From NCBI GenBank assembly GCA_002269645.1, contig NIVC01000798.1, forward strand, positions 30,191-94,190: a DNA stretch of 64,000 bases, read 5' to 3'. The notes below the pieces were generated by a model, which was given only the letters and a program-made list of their open reading frames with translations, was not told the DNA's origin and ran no database searches. This document shows, in pieces, positions 63,452 to 64,000 of the stretch. Every line of letters starts with the position of its first letter. The stretch's first letter is position 1. Source of the DNA: Macrostomum lignano. Its lineage: Eukaryota. The translations under genes and the position numbers were made by a program.

Positions 63452-63520
63452 ATCTAGCCCGGCAAGAAAACAAATCAACTCAAGGACACCCAGGAGCACT
63501 CTCCGATTTCACCATCTGCA
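63452..63520 (-). CDS. Candidate signal-peptide exon of the LAR-like gene
   Basis: Hydrophobic VLLGVLELICFLAGLD followed by a GTGAGT donor. The nearby ATG is out of frame by one base and the phase does not match the main Ig1 acceptor. Confidence 0.3.
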
Positions 63521-64000
63521 TTCGCACTTATCTACATCAGCTTTGCCAGTCTGCACAACCGCAGGCGGAAGCCCACCTGCTAGAGCGGATGGCAATCAAA
63601 ATTGGTCTCAACATTTTTAAAAAATTTTTTCTCCATCATCCAGCAGCGAAGCGCCGCTACCGCGGGCTCTCAAAATGATCCAAATAGCTTATACTTTTTG
63701 TAAAAATATGCATCTGTTTCCTGACTTTGCGCATTGGCAAAAAATTCTTTAGCATTCTGTAGAAAGTGAGGACGCGATGAGGCTGCAGACGGGAGGGAGA
63801 GAGTGTGCCGGCAGATCTGGATGATGAGGGGAGAGGGGGAGCCTGAGTGAAAGAATTTCTGGCGACGGCCCACCCGGTTTGAAAAGCGGCGCTACCGGGA
63901 GAAACTGGGGGGTAGGCGGGGGAAGAAGCTGCATAGAAGGCAGCGGGAGAAGAGAGGGACAGACGGGGAATGAAGGGGAGGGCGAGGCGCACCACTTCAA

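Overview
This is eukaryotic (metazoan) genomic DNA with GC-rich exons and introns full of minisatellites. That style suggests a free-living flatworm such as Macrostomum, which is an inference and not shown by the sequence. I reconstructed five spliced genes by hand from GT-AG junctions and phases. (1) Lmx1-type LIM-homeobox gene (minus strand, 2 coding exons). (2) An intact 12-exon, ~807-aa non-NMDA (kainate/AMPA-like) ionotropic glutamate receptor subunit (plus strand). (3) An 11-exon SDS22-like leucine-rich-repeat protein (plus strand), with one junction off by one base. (4) A B-box/coiled-coil/NHL-type gene (minus strand) with at least two frame breaks. (5) The Ig1-Ig2 exons of a LAR-family receptor tyrosine phosphatase (minus strand), whose remaining exons I could not find. 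The rest is about 30 tandem arrays, tRNA-derived SINEs (one CORE-type), several hAT-like non-autonomous elements and an 897-N gap. Most long ORFs in the supplied track are repeat artefacts. I found no CRISPR, rRNA or prokaryotic-type system. The best leads are the altered ligand pocket of the iGluR, antisense satellites bracketing an in-frame 3-exon cassette of that gene, a 47-bp hAT-like micro-element with an 8-bp TSD, and the orphaned LAR 5' end.
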